Shown: piece after piece, positions 16,938 through 26,209 of the stretch
How positions within the stretch are numbered: the stretch's first letter is position 1
Layout: every line of letters begins with the position of its first letter
NCBI GenBank assembly: GCA_017635565.1
Contig: JAGBLE010000009.1
Location: 4,932 to 68,931 of the forward strand
DNA from: Bacilli bacterium
GTDB taxonomy: Bacteria > Bacillota_I > Bacilli_A > RFN20 > CAG-826
Direction of reading: 5' to 3'
DNA: 64,000 nucleotides
Notes under the pieces: generated by a model
What the model saw: the letters and a program-made list of their open reading frames with translations, nothing else
What the model was told of the DNA's origin: nothing
Databases searched by the model: none
Translations under genes and position numbers: made by a program

Positions 16938-17595
16938 ACCCACTAACTTTATTGCTTTTCCCAGAAAGGATATTTTCTCTATCGACCTAAAGAAATTGAC
17001 TAACGAAAAGTTAGTTTTTTACTATCAGCAAGGAAATGAAGAAGCGGTTAGCGAACTAATTAAAAGATTTACTTGTTGTTCCAAAAGAGAAGCGTTTACC
17101 TTCTATTCGATGTATAAAGATGTCTCTTCTGTTGAATTTGATGATTTAGTCCAAGTGGGATTAACTTCTTTAGTAATAGTGATGGACAAATTTAGTTTCA
17201 GAGGAAGCTTTTATCTCATGTGGCAAACAGTAGCGAGACATGAGATGTATGAACTCGTCAAACAATTCTCAATATGCGATATGGAAGATAAAGCTTATTT
17301 TACGAGAATTGAATCAAATAATATCAACGCTGATAACGTTATTGCTAGTGGAGATAATGTTAGTGATTCCTTATCAAATGATTTAATTATCGAAAAGATG
17401 GCCTATATCGTTTCTCATCCCAGGAAATATAACATTATGGAAAGCGATGTAAAACTTTTTAAAATGTATTATTTTTTAGGAATTGGATATAACGATATCG
17501 CTGAAAAAACAGGAATAAATTATTTTACAGTTCGCAGTAAAATTAACCGCGCGAGAATCAAAATCGCAAATATTTTGTTTAATTCTAAAGAATAA
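16891..17595 (+). CDS. Divergent sigma-70 family factor, SigH-like by position (start codon uncertain)
   Basis: Region-2-like FDDLVQVGLTSLVIVMDKF and region-4 HTH-like YNDIAEKTGINYFTVRSKINRARIKI. Follows cysS-rlmB as sigH does in Bacillus. ATG 16891 overlaps rlmB by 47 nt and has no SD; an SD (AAAGGA, 16965-16970) precedes ATC 16981. Confidence 0.55.
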   Translation: MRLLQREFCFPGSVVKPTNFIAFPRKDIFSIDLKKLTNEKLVFYYQQGNEEAVSELIKRFTCCSKREAFTFYSMYKDVSSVEFDDLVQVGLTSLVIVMDKFSFRGSFYLMWQTVARHEMYELVKQFSICDMEDKAYFTRIESNNINADNVIASGDNVSDSLSNDLIIEKMAYIVSHPRKYNIMESDVKLFKMYYFLGIGYNDIAEKTGINYFTVRSKINRARIKIANILFNSKE

Positions 17596-17621
17596 TCAAA
17601 ATATCGTGTATAATTATCGAC

Positions 17622-18443
17622 GTGAAAAACGTCGTAATTAAAAACTTAAATTATTCTTATAACGAAAATACGCCTGTATTGAAGAATATTAATCTCGAGA
17701 TTAATCAAGGGGAATATGTTTCAATTGTTGGTCAAAATGGATGTGGTAAATCCACTTTATGTAAACTAATAATTGGATTATTGGAAAAAGATAGTGGAGA
17801 AATAATTGTCAATGGTCTTTCTTTAAATAAGGACAGCATTCAAGAAATTAGAAAAAAAGTTGCAATTGTTTTCCAAAATCCAGATAACCAATTTATCGGC
17901 GCGACAGTTGAAGATGATATTGCGTTTTCTTTAGAAAATAACAACATTCCAAGAGAAAAGATGATTACTTTGGTCAAGGAATATGCAACTAAGGTGGGGA
18001 TGGAGGATTTCTTGACTAAAGAGCCAAGTTATCTTTCTGGCGGCCAAAAGCAAAGAGTCGCTATCGCTGATGCCTTAGTGAGAAATCCTGAGATTCTTAT
18101 TCTTGATGAAGCAACAAGTATGCTTGATCCAGCTGGTAAACAAGAAATCCTTTCTCTTGTAAATAAGATGAAATTAGAAAACCCTAATTTAACAATTATT
18201 TCAATTACTCACGATATTGAGGAAGCTTATTTAGGAGATCGAATTGTTTTATTAAATGAAGGAGAAATAGTGTTAACTTGTCGGCCAGATGAGTTATTTA
18301 AAAATTCTGAATTAATAAATCAATATAATTTAAGCGTTCCTTTTATTGTCCAATTACAAAAAAAGTGTCAAGAGCTTGGTTATCAAATTAATGATGAAGA
18401 CACTCTTGAAAAGATAGGAGAGATGATATGCCAATCAAAATAA
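17622..18443 (+). CDS. ecfA1: ECF transporter ATPase component EcfA1
   Basis: Walker A GQNGCGKST, signature LSGGQKQRV, Walker B ILILDEATSMLD. GTG start. Followed by ecfA2-ecfT. Confidence 0.9.
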   Translation: MKNVVIKNLNYSYNENTPVLKNINLEINQGEYVSIVGQNGCGKSTLCKLIIGLLEKDSGEIIVNGLSLNKDSIQEIRKKVAIVFQNPDNQFIGATVEDDIAFSLENNNIPREKMITLVKEYATKVGMEDFLTKEPSYLSGGQKQRVAIADALVRNPEILILDEATSMLDPAGKQEILSLVNKMKLENPNLTIISITHDIEEAYLGDRIVLLNEGEIVLTCRPDELFKNSELINQYNLSVPFIVQLQKKCQELGYQINDEDTLEKIGEMICQSK

Positions 18444-19273
18444 ATCATCTTTCTTATACATATATGAAAAAAACACCAAATGAAGTTAAGGCTTTAGATG
18501 ATGTTTCTTTAGAAATTCCTGATAAAAAAATAACTGCTATTATCGGACATACTGGAAGTGGTAAATCGACATTAATCCAAACTTTAAACGGATTATTGAC
18601 TCCAACTGAAGGAACGGTTGAAGTTGGCGATTTTGTTATTACAAATAATCCGAAGAAAAACAAAAAGATTAAAGAACTTAGGAAACATATCTCAATTGTT
18701 TTCCAATTCCCAGAATATCAACTATTTGATGAAACTGTGGAAAAGGATGTTGCTTTTGGGCCAAAAAATTATGGGTTCAAAGAGGAAGAAGCGTTAAAGA
18801 AAGCCCATGAAGCACTAGCAAAAGTTGGAATTGATGAATCTTTTTATAAACGTTCTCCTTTTGAACTTTCAGGTGGAGAAAAAAGAAGAGTTGCAATTGC
18901 GGGAATTATTGCAATTGATCCTGACATTCTTATTTTAGATGAACCAACAGCGGGATTAGACCCACATGGAAGCAATATTATTTTAAATTTGATTTCTGAA
19001 TTAAATAAATCTGGCAAGACCATTATTATTGTCACTCATGACATGAATATTGTTATGAATTATTCGGATCACGTTATCGTTTTAAGCGATGGAAAGTTAG
19101 CCTTTGAAGGTGTATCAAGTGACTTATTTAATGGTGATGTTTCCAATTATTCAATCGAAATCCCTAAACTATTTCAATTCTGCAAATTATTAGAAGAAAA
19201 AGGGGCAAAAATTGAAATTAGCAAAATTAGAACGATAGATGATTTATTTAATCAATTAAAGGAGCGAAAATGA
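18428..19273 (+). CDS. ecfA2: ECF transporter ATPase component EcfA2
   Basis: Walker A GHTGSGKST, signature LSGGEKRRV, Walker B ILILDEPTAGLD. ATGA overlap with ecfT. Confidence 0.9.
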   Translation: MPIKINHLSYTYMKKTPNEVKALDDVSLEIPDKKITAIIGHTGSGKSTLIQTLNGLLTPTEGTVEVGDFVITNNPKKNKKIKELRKHISIVFQFPEYQLFDETVEKDVAFGPKNYGFKEEEALKKAHEALAKVGIDESFYKRSPFELSGGEKRRVAIAGIIAIDPDILILDEPTAGLDPHGSNIILNLISELNKSGKTIIIVTHDMNIVMNYSDHVIVLSDGKLAFEGVSSDLFNGDVSNYSIEIPKLFQFCKLLEEKGAKIEISKIRTIDDLFNQLKERK

Positions 19274-20157
19274 ATAACTTAACATTCGGTCGATATGCTC
19301 CATTTAATACTTTTGTCCATAAATTAGATCCAAGAAACAAGCTTCTAATGATGATTCTTTTGCTTGTTTCTATATTTTTAAAAGTTGATTCTTGGTCAAG
19401 CACGCTTATTTTAACTGCCTTCTTATTCCTTTTATTAATTGCTGCGATGATTATGTCTCGAGTAAGTTTCTTACAGCTCTTTAAAAGCTTAAGCATGATG
19501 TGGTTTTTAGTTATTTTCTTATTATTAATTTATATATTTATTCCTAACCCAAATTATAATCCAGAACATATAGCGTTTTATATTGGAAGCTACGCTGTTA
19601 ATTATGATGCATTTTATCAAAGTGGTTATATCATTTTTAGATTAATTATGATGATTATGATTACAATGATTTTAACTGCGACTACAAAGCCTATGGATTT
19701 AACCTATGCAATTGAGTGGTATCTAAGCCCATTAAAGATATTTAAATATCCTGTCGCTCATATATTAGCAATGACTCTTAGTATCGCTTTAAGATTTATT
19801 CCTACTTTATTAGACGAAACTCAAAGAATAATGAAAGCTCAATCTTCAAGAGGAGTAGATTTTAATAAAGGTGGAATATTTAAAAGAATTGGTGGATTAG
19901 TTGCTTTAATTATTCCTTTATTTGTTTCTGCTATTGGAAGAAGCGAAGAATTATCTAATGCAATGGAAGCTAGAGGATATAATCCATACGCAAAAAGAAG
20001 TAGATATCGTATTTTAAAATTTTCATGGAGAGATTTAATTGCTTTCATCTCGATACTAGCTATTTTTGGTGGTATACTTACATTAAAGATTTATGATGCG
20101 AATTTTATAAAAATCGATTTTATTTATTGGATTTTCGGCGCAAAACCCCTATTTTAA
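19270..20157 (+). CDS. ecfT: ECF transporter transmembrane component EcfT
   Basis: Polytopic protein with the EcfT/CbiQ motifs ALRFIPTLLDETQRIMKAQSSRG and RSEELSNAMEARGY. Confidence 0.9.
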   Translation: MNNLTFGRYAPFNTFVHKLDPRNKLLMMILLLVSIFLKVDSWSSTLILTAFLFLLLIAAMIMSRVSFLQLFKSLSMMWFLVIFLLLIYIFIPNPNYNPEHIAFYIGSYAVNYDAFYQSGYIIFRLIMMIMITMILTATTKPMDLTYAIEWYLSPLKIFKYPVAHILAMTLSIALRFIPTLLDETQRIMKAQSSRGVDFNKGGIFKRIGGLVALIIPLFVSAIGRSEELSNAMEARGYNPYAKRSRYRILKFSWRDLIAFISILAIFGGILTLKIYDANFIKIDFIYWIFGAKPLF

Positions 20158-20904
20158 TTGAGAATTATGAGACTATTTGGAAGTGCATATTATAAAGGAA
20201 CAAGATATAGTGGCTGGCAAAAACAGCCAGGTGCTTTAACAATTCAAGACACGATTGAATCTTGTCTATCAAGGTTTTTTGGTAACACTCCAATTTCAAT
20301 TTATGGAGCAGGTAGAACCGATGCTGGAGTCCATGCTTTTTCTCAAAAATTTCATTTCGATGTTGATGTCACAGAAATTGATTTAGATCGACTAATTTAC
20401 TCTTTAAACAAAATGCTTCCTGAGGATATTAAAATCGATGATATCGAAGAAGTTGAGCCATCATTCCATAGTCGATATTCCGCTAAAGCAAAGGTTTATA
20501 CTTATTGCATTCTTGAAGAATCTAAGGACCCATTTTTATATGAAACTTCTTGGCTTCATCCAGATAAAATTGACACTGATAAATTGCAGGAATGCTTAAC
20601 CCACTTCATTGGTGTTCATAATTTCAAAAATTTCACCTCAAAAGAAGAGGACGAAGATAATTTTGTTAGAGAAATATATGGCATTGATGTATCGCGTCAA
20701 TCTGATTTAATTTATATAACTTTTAAGGGGCAAGGATTTATGAGGTACATGATTAGATTAATCGTAGGCACTGCGGTCCATATTTGTGATAAAGATCTTG
20801 ATCCTTTTATCATCGAAGAATTGTTAGATGAAAACGCACCTAGAGAAGTAGTATCATACAAAGCTCCGGCGTGTGGTTTAACTCTTGTCGATGTTGAGTA
20901 TTAA
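20158..20904 (+). CDS. truA: tRNA pseudouridine(38-40) synthase TruA
   Basis: YKGTRYSGWQKQ, catalytic GAGRTDAGVHA, and FMRYMIR. Track start 20158 is TTG; ATG 20167 is an alternative. Synteny after ecfT. Confidence 0.9.
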   Translation: MRIMRLFGSAYYKGTRYSGWQKQPGALTIQDTIESCLSRFFGNTPISIYGAGRTDAGVHAFSQKFHFDVDVTEIDLDRLIYSLNKMLPEDIKIDDIEEVEPSFHSRYSAKAKVYTYCILEESKDPFLYETSWLHPDKIDTDKLQECLTHFIGVHNFKNFTSKEEDEDNFVREIYGIDVSRQSDLIYITFKGQGFMRYMIRLIVGTAVHICDKDLDPFIIEELLDENAPREVVSYKAPACGLTLVDVEY

Positions 20905-21023
20905 TTCATATTATTTTTGTTATTATTAAAAGATTAGGGCGGTTACGTTCTAATTTTTTTGCATTTTTATTCATATCAGCATATTATTTAAAAAATAATT
21001 AATTCAAAACAGAGAGGTGTTTT

Positions 21024-23693
21024 ATGAAAAAAACTACATTAACAATCTTGTTTGCTTCCGTTTTGTCGCTTACCGCATGTGGCAATAGTTATGTCGCCCC
21101 AACTTTCAAAGATGACGATTATAGCTATTTACTCTCAACATTCTATGGTGTTGATGGAGAACTTAACATCACAAAAGATTACGCCAGCACAGTCGATAGC
21201 GACGGAAAAGAAGTAAAACTTTATCCAACAGAGATCAAGACAGAAGAATTCAGTTATCTTGATGAAGAAGAAAAAACTATTCAAGAAAATTTAGTCGTTG
21301 TTTATTACGGAAAGGCTAGAAATGACGCAAATTATCGCATTAGATTAACTTCTTCATTATTAAAATTTGTTGCCGTTGAAAAAGAAATCGATGGCAAATA
21401 TGTAACTCAATCGTTATACTCTCATATCGATAGTAGCTTTGCTGGTGCATATAATGGTCTAAATGAAATTAGTGACAGCAATTATGTCTACATATTTGGT
21501 AACGAAATTAAAGATGTTGAAAAAGCTGGATTACTTGGATTTGATATCAGCATTTATTATGCGAGTGGTAATGCGTTACAAGATACAGATTCAAAATTAA
21601 TTCCAGGATATTATTTATTTAGTAGTGGAGAAGAAACTTTACTCATTCCAGTTGCTCAAGCGCTTGATTTGAATGATGGAGAATTCTACGGAGATCTTTT
21701 ATACGCGAATAGTGACACTTCATTATATGGTATTAGTGGCGATATGATGTATGAAACTTTCTTTGCGGATCCAACCATGTTCTTCTCAACCATCGTTGAT
21801 GAAAATGGAAAGACTTATAACAACAGTTATGAAATCGTTCACGATGATACAACTAACGAAGACACTGTTAATTACATGTTTGATGGAGTGGCAGGAGAAG
21901 TAACCGCTACAAGAAGTTCCACTGGTTTATCTTTTTCATTTAAAAATGATGCAACTAATGTTAGCTTTACAATTAATCCAGATTTATACACATTCAAGTT
22001 AAATGGCAGTGCCCATCGCTTTGCTTCAATGAATACTTTCTTCAAAGTGCCAAGCGTTGACTGGGATGAAAACATTTTGACTTTTGTGAGTGGTGATTTC
22101 CAAAACCAAATCGAGATGTATTATTCCGATTTTGATTGGGAAACATATGAAGACATTGATCCTGTCTATACCTATAAATATAATGGTCAAGAAATTGAAA
22201 ATTACTCTTTCATTGCTCTTAATAATGGGTCAGCCGCTTTAACTTTCAAAAATGGCGAAAACGATATCCGTGTTTCAAAAGAATTTAGTAATACCGCTAT
22301 TGTTAGCGTTGGTGAAACTGAAACAAGATATTTTGAAAGCCATTATTATCAAAACGTATTTGCAAAAGATTATGTCAACCCAGGAGAAGGATATTCTCTA
22401 TCAGTTGATAGTGAATTCAAAGTTTCTGAAAATGGTGGAGAAGCTGTTCAAGGAAATTTGGTATTTAGTGAAATTCTTAACACCACAGTTCTTGCCTTTG
22501 GCAATAAAGAATTAGCAGTGTATGACCAAGAATCTGGCATTTACGCTGTTTTCCAAGGTGTAAATGGTGTTGTTGTCTGTGAAAAAACTAAGTATTCAAA
22601 AATTTATAATGAATATACTTCAAATGGAACAGACACAATTACCATTAATGAAAATGGTGAACTCTTCATCGAAGGAAATAAGGTCGAATATAGTTTAGGA
22701 TTATTGCCTTCTGGTCTTGCTTCTTTATTGATCCTTATTTATCAATATAATGGTTCACAATTTATCATCGTTCCAACATATAGTGGCTCCATTAGTGTTT
22801 ACAAAAATACTGCTCAAGGTTTAGTCGCATATAAAAATTATTTCGCAAAGAATATATTTAATTCACTCATTGGCGAATATTGTTACGAAGGTAAATTTGG
22901 CAAAGAATATATCAAATTCTCTTCTGAAGGAATCCTTACTTTAGACACCATCAACGCTACTGGAGATGGATTAGATAGAGATGTTGAAGCCAATGCATAT
23001 TTCTTATCAGTCACCGATAGTGGAATTGTCACAATTACTGCATCGGTTACAACTCCAAGTGGAGTAGGAACTCTTTCAATTAGAAAATCCGATTATTCTC
23101 TCGTCTTTGCAAATCCAGATGGTTCATGCGTTGTTTACACTGATTCAAGATTACTTGATTTAAAAGGTGTTTATGGTGATGGAACTTCAAACACTTTAGC
23201 GATTTTCAATAATGTCATCGTTATTAACGAAACCGCTCAAACCATTCAATCAATTGAAGTTACTAATGATGGTGAAGAAAAAGTTACAACCATCGTCACA
23301 TTAACTCATACAATTGTTGCTCGTACTGGAACAGATGGAAGCGTTACTCTTTCTTCTTATCAAACAAGTGAAGGTGTAGAAAGCGCAATTACTTACACTG
23401 ATAAAAACAACCAATTAGCGAACTTTGAAAATGTTAAATTTGCTCTCAATGAAAACAAATTCTATGGAGCGATGTATTACTATTCAAGCGTTAGTGGTAA
23501 GGTAACTGTTTCTGGAACTGAAGACGGCAAATATTTCGGTGGATCAACCATTTCTGCTGTTTATAACGAAGGTAAACTTGTTCTTAAATTAAAATCGTTC
23601 TTTGGCAGTTACGCCTTAACTTATGATGAAAGTGGAAATCCAGTCGCGATTTCTTTGGGTGGAGGAGTTCCACCTGTCCCACCTTTACCATAA
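21024..23693 (+). CDS. Large lipoprotein of unknown function (889 aa) with Pro-rich C-terminal tail
   Basis: Signal peptide plus lipobox LSLTAC|GNS. GAGAGG RBS. No domain recognised. Ends GGGVPPVPPLP. Confidence 0.75.
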   Translation: MKKTTLTILFASVLSLTACGNSYVAPTFKDDDYSYLLSTFYGVDGELNITKDYASTVDSDGKEVKLYPTEIKTEEFSYLDEEEKTIQENLVVVYYGKARNDANYRIRLTSSLLKFVAVEKEIDGKYVTQSLYSHIDSSFAGAYNGLNEISDSNYVYIFGNEIKDVEKAGLLGFDISIYYASGNALQDTDSKLIPGYYLFSSGEETLLIPVAQALDLNDGEFYGDLLYANSDTSLYGISGDMMYETFFADPTMFFSTIVDENGKTYNNSYEIVHDDTTNEDTVNYMFDGVAGEVTATRSSTGLSFSFKNDATNVSFTINPDLYTFKLNGSAHRFASMNTFFKVPSVDWDENILTFVSGDFQNQIEMYYSDFDWETYEDIDPVYTYKYNGQEIENYSFIALNNGSAALTFKNGENDIRVSKEFSNTAIVSVGETETRYFESHYYQNVFAKDYVNPGEGYSLSVDSEFKVSENGGEAVQGNLVFSEILNTTVLAFGNKELAVYDQESGIYAVFQGVNGVVVCEKTKYSKIYNEYTSNGTDTITINENGELFIEGNKVEYSLGLLPSGLASLLILIYQYNGSQFIIVPTYSGSISVYKNTAQGLVAYKNYFAKNIFNSLIGEYCYEGKFGKEYIKFSSEGILTLDTINATGDGLDRDVEANAYFLSVTDSGIVTITASVTTPSGVGTLSIRKSDYSLVFANPDGSCVVYTDSRLLDLKGVYGDGTSNTLAIFNNVIVINETAQTIQSIEVTNDGEEKVTTIVTLTHTIVARTGTDGSVTLSSYQTSEGVESAITYTDKNNQLANFENVKFALNENKFYGAMYYYSSVSGKVTVSGTEDGKYFGGSTISAVYNEGKLVLKLKSFFGSYALTYDESGNPVAISLGGGVPPVPPLP

Positions 23694-23713
23694 GTCTAGA
23701 GACAATTATTAAC

Positions 23714-23740
23714 GAGAGTCCTTCAAGGGCTCTCTTTTCT
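23714..23740 (+). terminator. Rho-independent terminator after the lipoprotein gene
   Basis: GAGAGTCC-TTCAA-GGGCTCTC stem plus T-run. Confidence 0.75.
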
Positions 23741-23811
23741 TTTGAATAAATATTATTTTCATAACAACATAGTTGTGATATTATTTTTTAGATTATAAAG
23801 AGGTAAAACAC

Positions 23812-24516
23812 ATGGGAAGAGCACATGAAGTTAGAGCGAAGGCAATGGCGGCAACCGCTGCTGCTAGAAGCGCATTATTTATGAGAGCCAGTAAAGAAAT
23901 TTACATGGCTGCTAAAAGTGGAGTCCCTGATCCAGATAGTAACTTAGCATTACGTTCCGCAATTGAAAAATGGAAAGGACAACACGTAACAAAAGACGTT
24001 ATCGAAAGAGCAATTCAAAAAGCCAAAGGTGGTTCTGCTGAATCATATGAACAAGGTAGATATGAAGCTTTTGGTCCAGGCGGAAGCTTATTCATCATCG
24101 ATACATTAACTGATAACACGAATCGTGCATTGACTGAAGTTAGAACAACCGTTACTAAAAAAGGTGGACATATGGGTTCAACAATTTTCAATTTCACAGA
24201 AACAGGTGTCTTTGATTTTGCTGGCACCAATCGAGCGGAAGTTGAAGAGACATTAATTTTAAGTGATGTTGATGTAAGAGAAGTCACTGAAGAAGATGGA
24301 ATTATTGAAGTTTTAGTGGAACCAACCGCATTTGCTCAAGCAAGAGAAGTTCTTGCTAGCATGGGTGTTTCTGAATTTGAAACTGCAGAAATTACTTTCT
24401 TAGCAAATGACCCAATCGAAATTACTGATCCTGAAGATCAAAGAAAATTTAATGAATTATGCGACATGCTTGATGAACTTCAAGATGTCCAAAACGTCTA
24501 TCATAACGTAAAATAG
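23812..24516 (+). CDS. yebC: YebC/PmpR (TACO1) family DNA-binding regulator / translation factor
   Basis: MGRAHEV...K...AARSALF...KEI..AAK.G.PDP..N..LR.AIEK and the DV.NVY tail are typical of the family. 234 aa. Confidence 0.85.
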   Translation: MGRAHEVRAKAMAATAAARSALFMRASKEIYMAAKSGVPDPDSNLALRSAIEKWKGQHVTKDVIERAIQKAKGGSAESYEQGRYEAFGPGGSLFIIDTLTDNTNRALTEVRTTVTKKGGHMGSTIFNFTETGVFDFAGTNRAEVEETLILSDVDVREVTEEDGIIEVLVEPTAFAQAREVLASMGVSEFETAEITFLANDPIEITDPEDQRKFNELCDMLDELQDVQNVYHNVK

Positions 24517-24525
24517 TAAAATAAG

Positions 24526-24546
24526 AAGAACCTTTAGGTTCTTTTT
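24526..24546 (+). terminator. Rho-independent terminator after yebC
   Basis: AAGAACC-TTTA-GGTTCTT plus T-run. Confidence 0.8.
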
Positions 24547-24691
24547 ATATGCTGACAAAATAAAATGTAATTAAATTAAATATTTAATTGATTTAGTTAA
24601 GTAAAAATAATATTATTTAACTCGGCACAAGCCAAAAATAATGAAGTCCCCGGTAAGGAATAAGTTAGTTTGGTAAAGGAGGATTAATTGT

Positions 24692-25132
24692 ATGCAACGT
24701 CAAACTACTATTGCAAAAGCAAATGAAATCCAAAGAAAATGGTATGTCGTTGATGCCACTGACAAACCATTAGGTAGATTAGTCTCCCAAGTTGCTCAAA
24801 TTTTAACAGGAAAGGTGAAACCAACATGGACACCAAATGTTGACTGTGGTGATTATGTCATCATTATCAACGCTGAAAAAGTGAGCTTATCTGGAGATAA
24901 AATCCACAACAAAAAATATTATAACGTATCTGGCTATGATGGCGGTCTTAGAACAAGAACAGCCGGAACAATGCTCAAAGAATTTCCTTGCGAAATGATT
25001 GAGAGAAGTGTTCACGGTATGGTGCCAAAAGGACGTTTAGGCAGACAAATCGAAAAGAAATTATTTGTTTATGCCGGACCAGATCACAAGCACGAAGCTC
25101 AAAAACCAGAAGTTTTAGAGCTCAAATTCTAG
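24692..25132 (+). CDS. rplM: 50S ribosomal protein uL13
   Basis: [27 protein letters not shown] is the uL13 signature. Confidence 0.97.
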   Translation: MQRQTTIAKANEIQRKWYVVDATDKPLGRLVSQVAQILTGKVKPTWTPNVDCGDYVIIINAEKVSLSGDKIHNKKYYNVSGYDGGLRTRTAGTMLKEFPCEMIERSVHGMVPKGRLGRQIEKKLFVYAGPDHKHEAQKPEVLELKF

Positions 25133-25145
25133 GAGGATGTAAATA

Positions 25146-25547
25146 ATGGCAAGTAAGAAATCAGGTCTCCAATACTACGGTACTGGTAGAAGAAAATCAT
25201 CTATTGCACGTGTTTATGTCGTCGAAGGAAAAGGCAACATTACAGTTAATGGTCGTGATGTCAATGAATATATGCCATACGCCACACTCGTAATGGACTT
25301 AAAACAACCATTAACCTTAACAGGAACAGAAGCAAAATATGATGTTAAAGCTGAAGTTCGTGGTGGTGGTTTCACAGGTCAAGCTGGTGCTATCCGTTTA
25401 GGCATTACCCGCGCTTTACTTGAAGCAGGATGCGATCGCAAAGTCTTGAAAGATGCCGGTATGATTACTAGAGATTCCCGTAAGAAGGAAAGAAAGAAAT
25501 ACGGTCTTAAAGCTGCGAGAAGAGCTCCACAATTCTCTAAGCGTTAA
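25146..25547 (+). CDS. rpsI: 30S ribosomal protein uS9
   Basis: [15 protein letters not shown]...[17 protein letters not shown] and C-terminal [22 protein letters not shown]. Confidence 0.97.
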   Translation: MASKKSGLQYYGTGRRKSSIARVYVVEGKGNITVNGRDVNEYMPYATLVMDLKQPLTLTGTEAKYDVKAEVRGGGFTGQAGAIRLGITRALLEAGCDRKVLKDAGMITRDSRKKERKKYGLKAARRAPQFSKR

Positions 25548-25593
25548 TCTTTCATTGATATCTTTGATATCAGGACAAAAGAAAAACAAATTA

Positions 25594-25629
25594 AGGAAGC
25601 CAAATTTGACTTCCTTTTTGTTTTTTTTA
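25594..25629 (+). terminator. Rho-independent terminator after rpsI
   Basis: AGGAAG...CTTCCT stem followed by a long T-run. Confidence 0.75.
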
Positions 25630-25681
25630 TTTGTTGTTGAATTATATTTATTAATATTGTATATTATTTAAGCGCGTATTC

Positions 25682-25758
<77 letters not shown>

Positions 25759-25812
25759 AATTGCGCATCATCTTAGCCCTTAGTTAGGGCTTTAATATTA
25801 AAAACACTATAG

Positions 25813-25887
25813 GGACACTTAGTTCAGCGGGAGAACGCTTCCTTCACACGGAAGAGGTCACAGGTTCGATCCCTGTAGTGTCCACCA
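25813..25887 (+). tRNA. tRNA-Val (anticodon CAC)
   Basis: Acceptor GGACACT/AGTGTCC, anticodon arm CTTCC-TTCACAC-GGAAG, T-arm CAGGTTCGATCCCTG, A73, encoded CCA. Confidence 0.85.
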
Positions 25888-25892
25888 ATATT

Positions 25893-25968
25893 GCCGTCTT
25901 AGCTCAATTGGCAGAGCAATTGATTTGTAATCAATAGGTTGTTGGTTCGATTCCGATAGACGGCACCA
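25893..25968 (+). tRNA. tRNA-Thr (anticodon UGU)
   Basis: Acceptor GCCGTCT/AGACGGC, anticodon arm ATTGA-TTTGTAA-TCAAT, T-loop GGTTCGATTCC, encoded CCA. Confidence 0.9.
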
Positions 25969-25981
25969 AAATCACAAAATT

Positions 25982-26006
25982 CAACAATGCAAATTGTTGT
26001 TTTTTT
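25982..26006 (+). terminator. Hairpin plus T-run after tRNA-Thr
   Basis: CAACAAT-GCAA-ATTGTTG followed by TTTTTTT. Confidence 0.7.
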
Positions 26007-26035
26007 ATTCTATATAAAATATAATCAATAGGCAC

Positions 26036-26120
26036 GCGGATATGATGGAACTGGTAGACATGCAAGACTTAGAATCTTGTGAGGCGACTCGTGCAGGTTC
26101 GATTCCTGTTATCCGCACCA
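26036..26120 (+). tRNA. tRNA-Leu (anticodon UAG), class II with long variable arm
   Basis: Acceptor GCGGATA/TATCCGC, anticodon arm CAAGA-CTTAGAA-TCTTG, long variable arm, T-loop GGTTCGATTCC, encoded CCA. Confidence 0.9.
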
Positions 26121-26134
26121 AAATGAATGAAACT

Positions 26135-26164
26135 TCCCCCATAATTATATTGGGGGTTTTATTT
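26135..26164 (+). terminator. Rho-independent terminator after tRNA-Leu
   Basis: CCCCCA-TAATTATAT-TGGGGG followed by a T-run. Confidence 0.8.
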
Positions 26165-26209
26165 TGATGTTTAAATTTATGAATTAATTTAAAAATTAAT
26201 CATGATATA

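Noticed and set aside
19270-19273. Possibility that this Mollicutes-like genome uses genetic code 4 (TGA=Trp)
   Set aside because: TGA terminates ecfA2 exactly at the ATGA junction with ecfT. It also terminates ribU (43931-43933) just ahead of a terminator. All Trp codons seen in conserved motifs are TGG. Standard code 11 fits.
24574-24589. 16-bp perfect palindrome AATTAAATATTTAATT
   Set aside because: It is composed only of A/T in a very AT-rich intergenic region. Likely compositional, with no second copy seen.
24547-24691. Possible rplM (L13) autoregulatory leader RNA in the 145-nt region upstream of rplM
   Set aside because: The length and position are compatible. However, I could not fold a convincing conserved structure by eye, and I do not remember the Rfam consensus well enough. 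An Infernal scan with RF00555 would decide; not claimed as a feature.
25555-25571. Inverted repeat TGATATC-TTT-GATATCA immediately after the rpsI stop
   Set aside because: A short 7-bp stem with no T-run, directly followed by a better terminator at 25594-25629. Probably incidental or an accessory stabilising hairpin.
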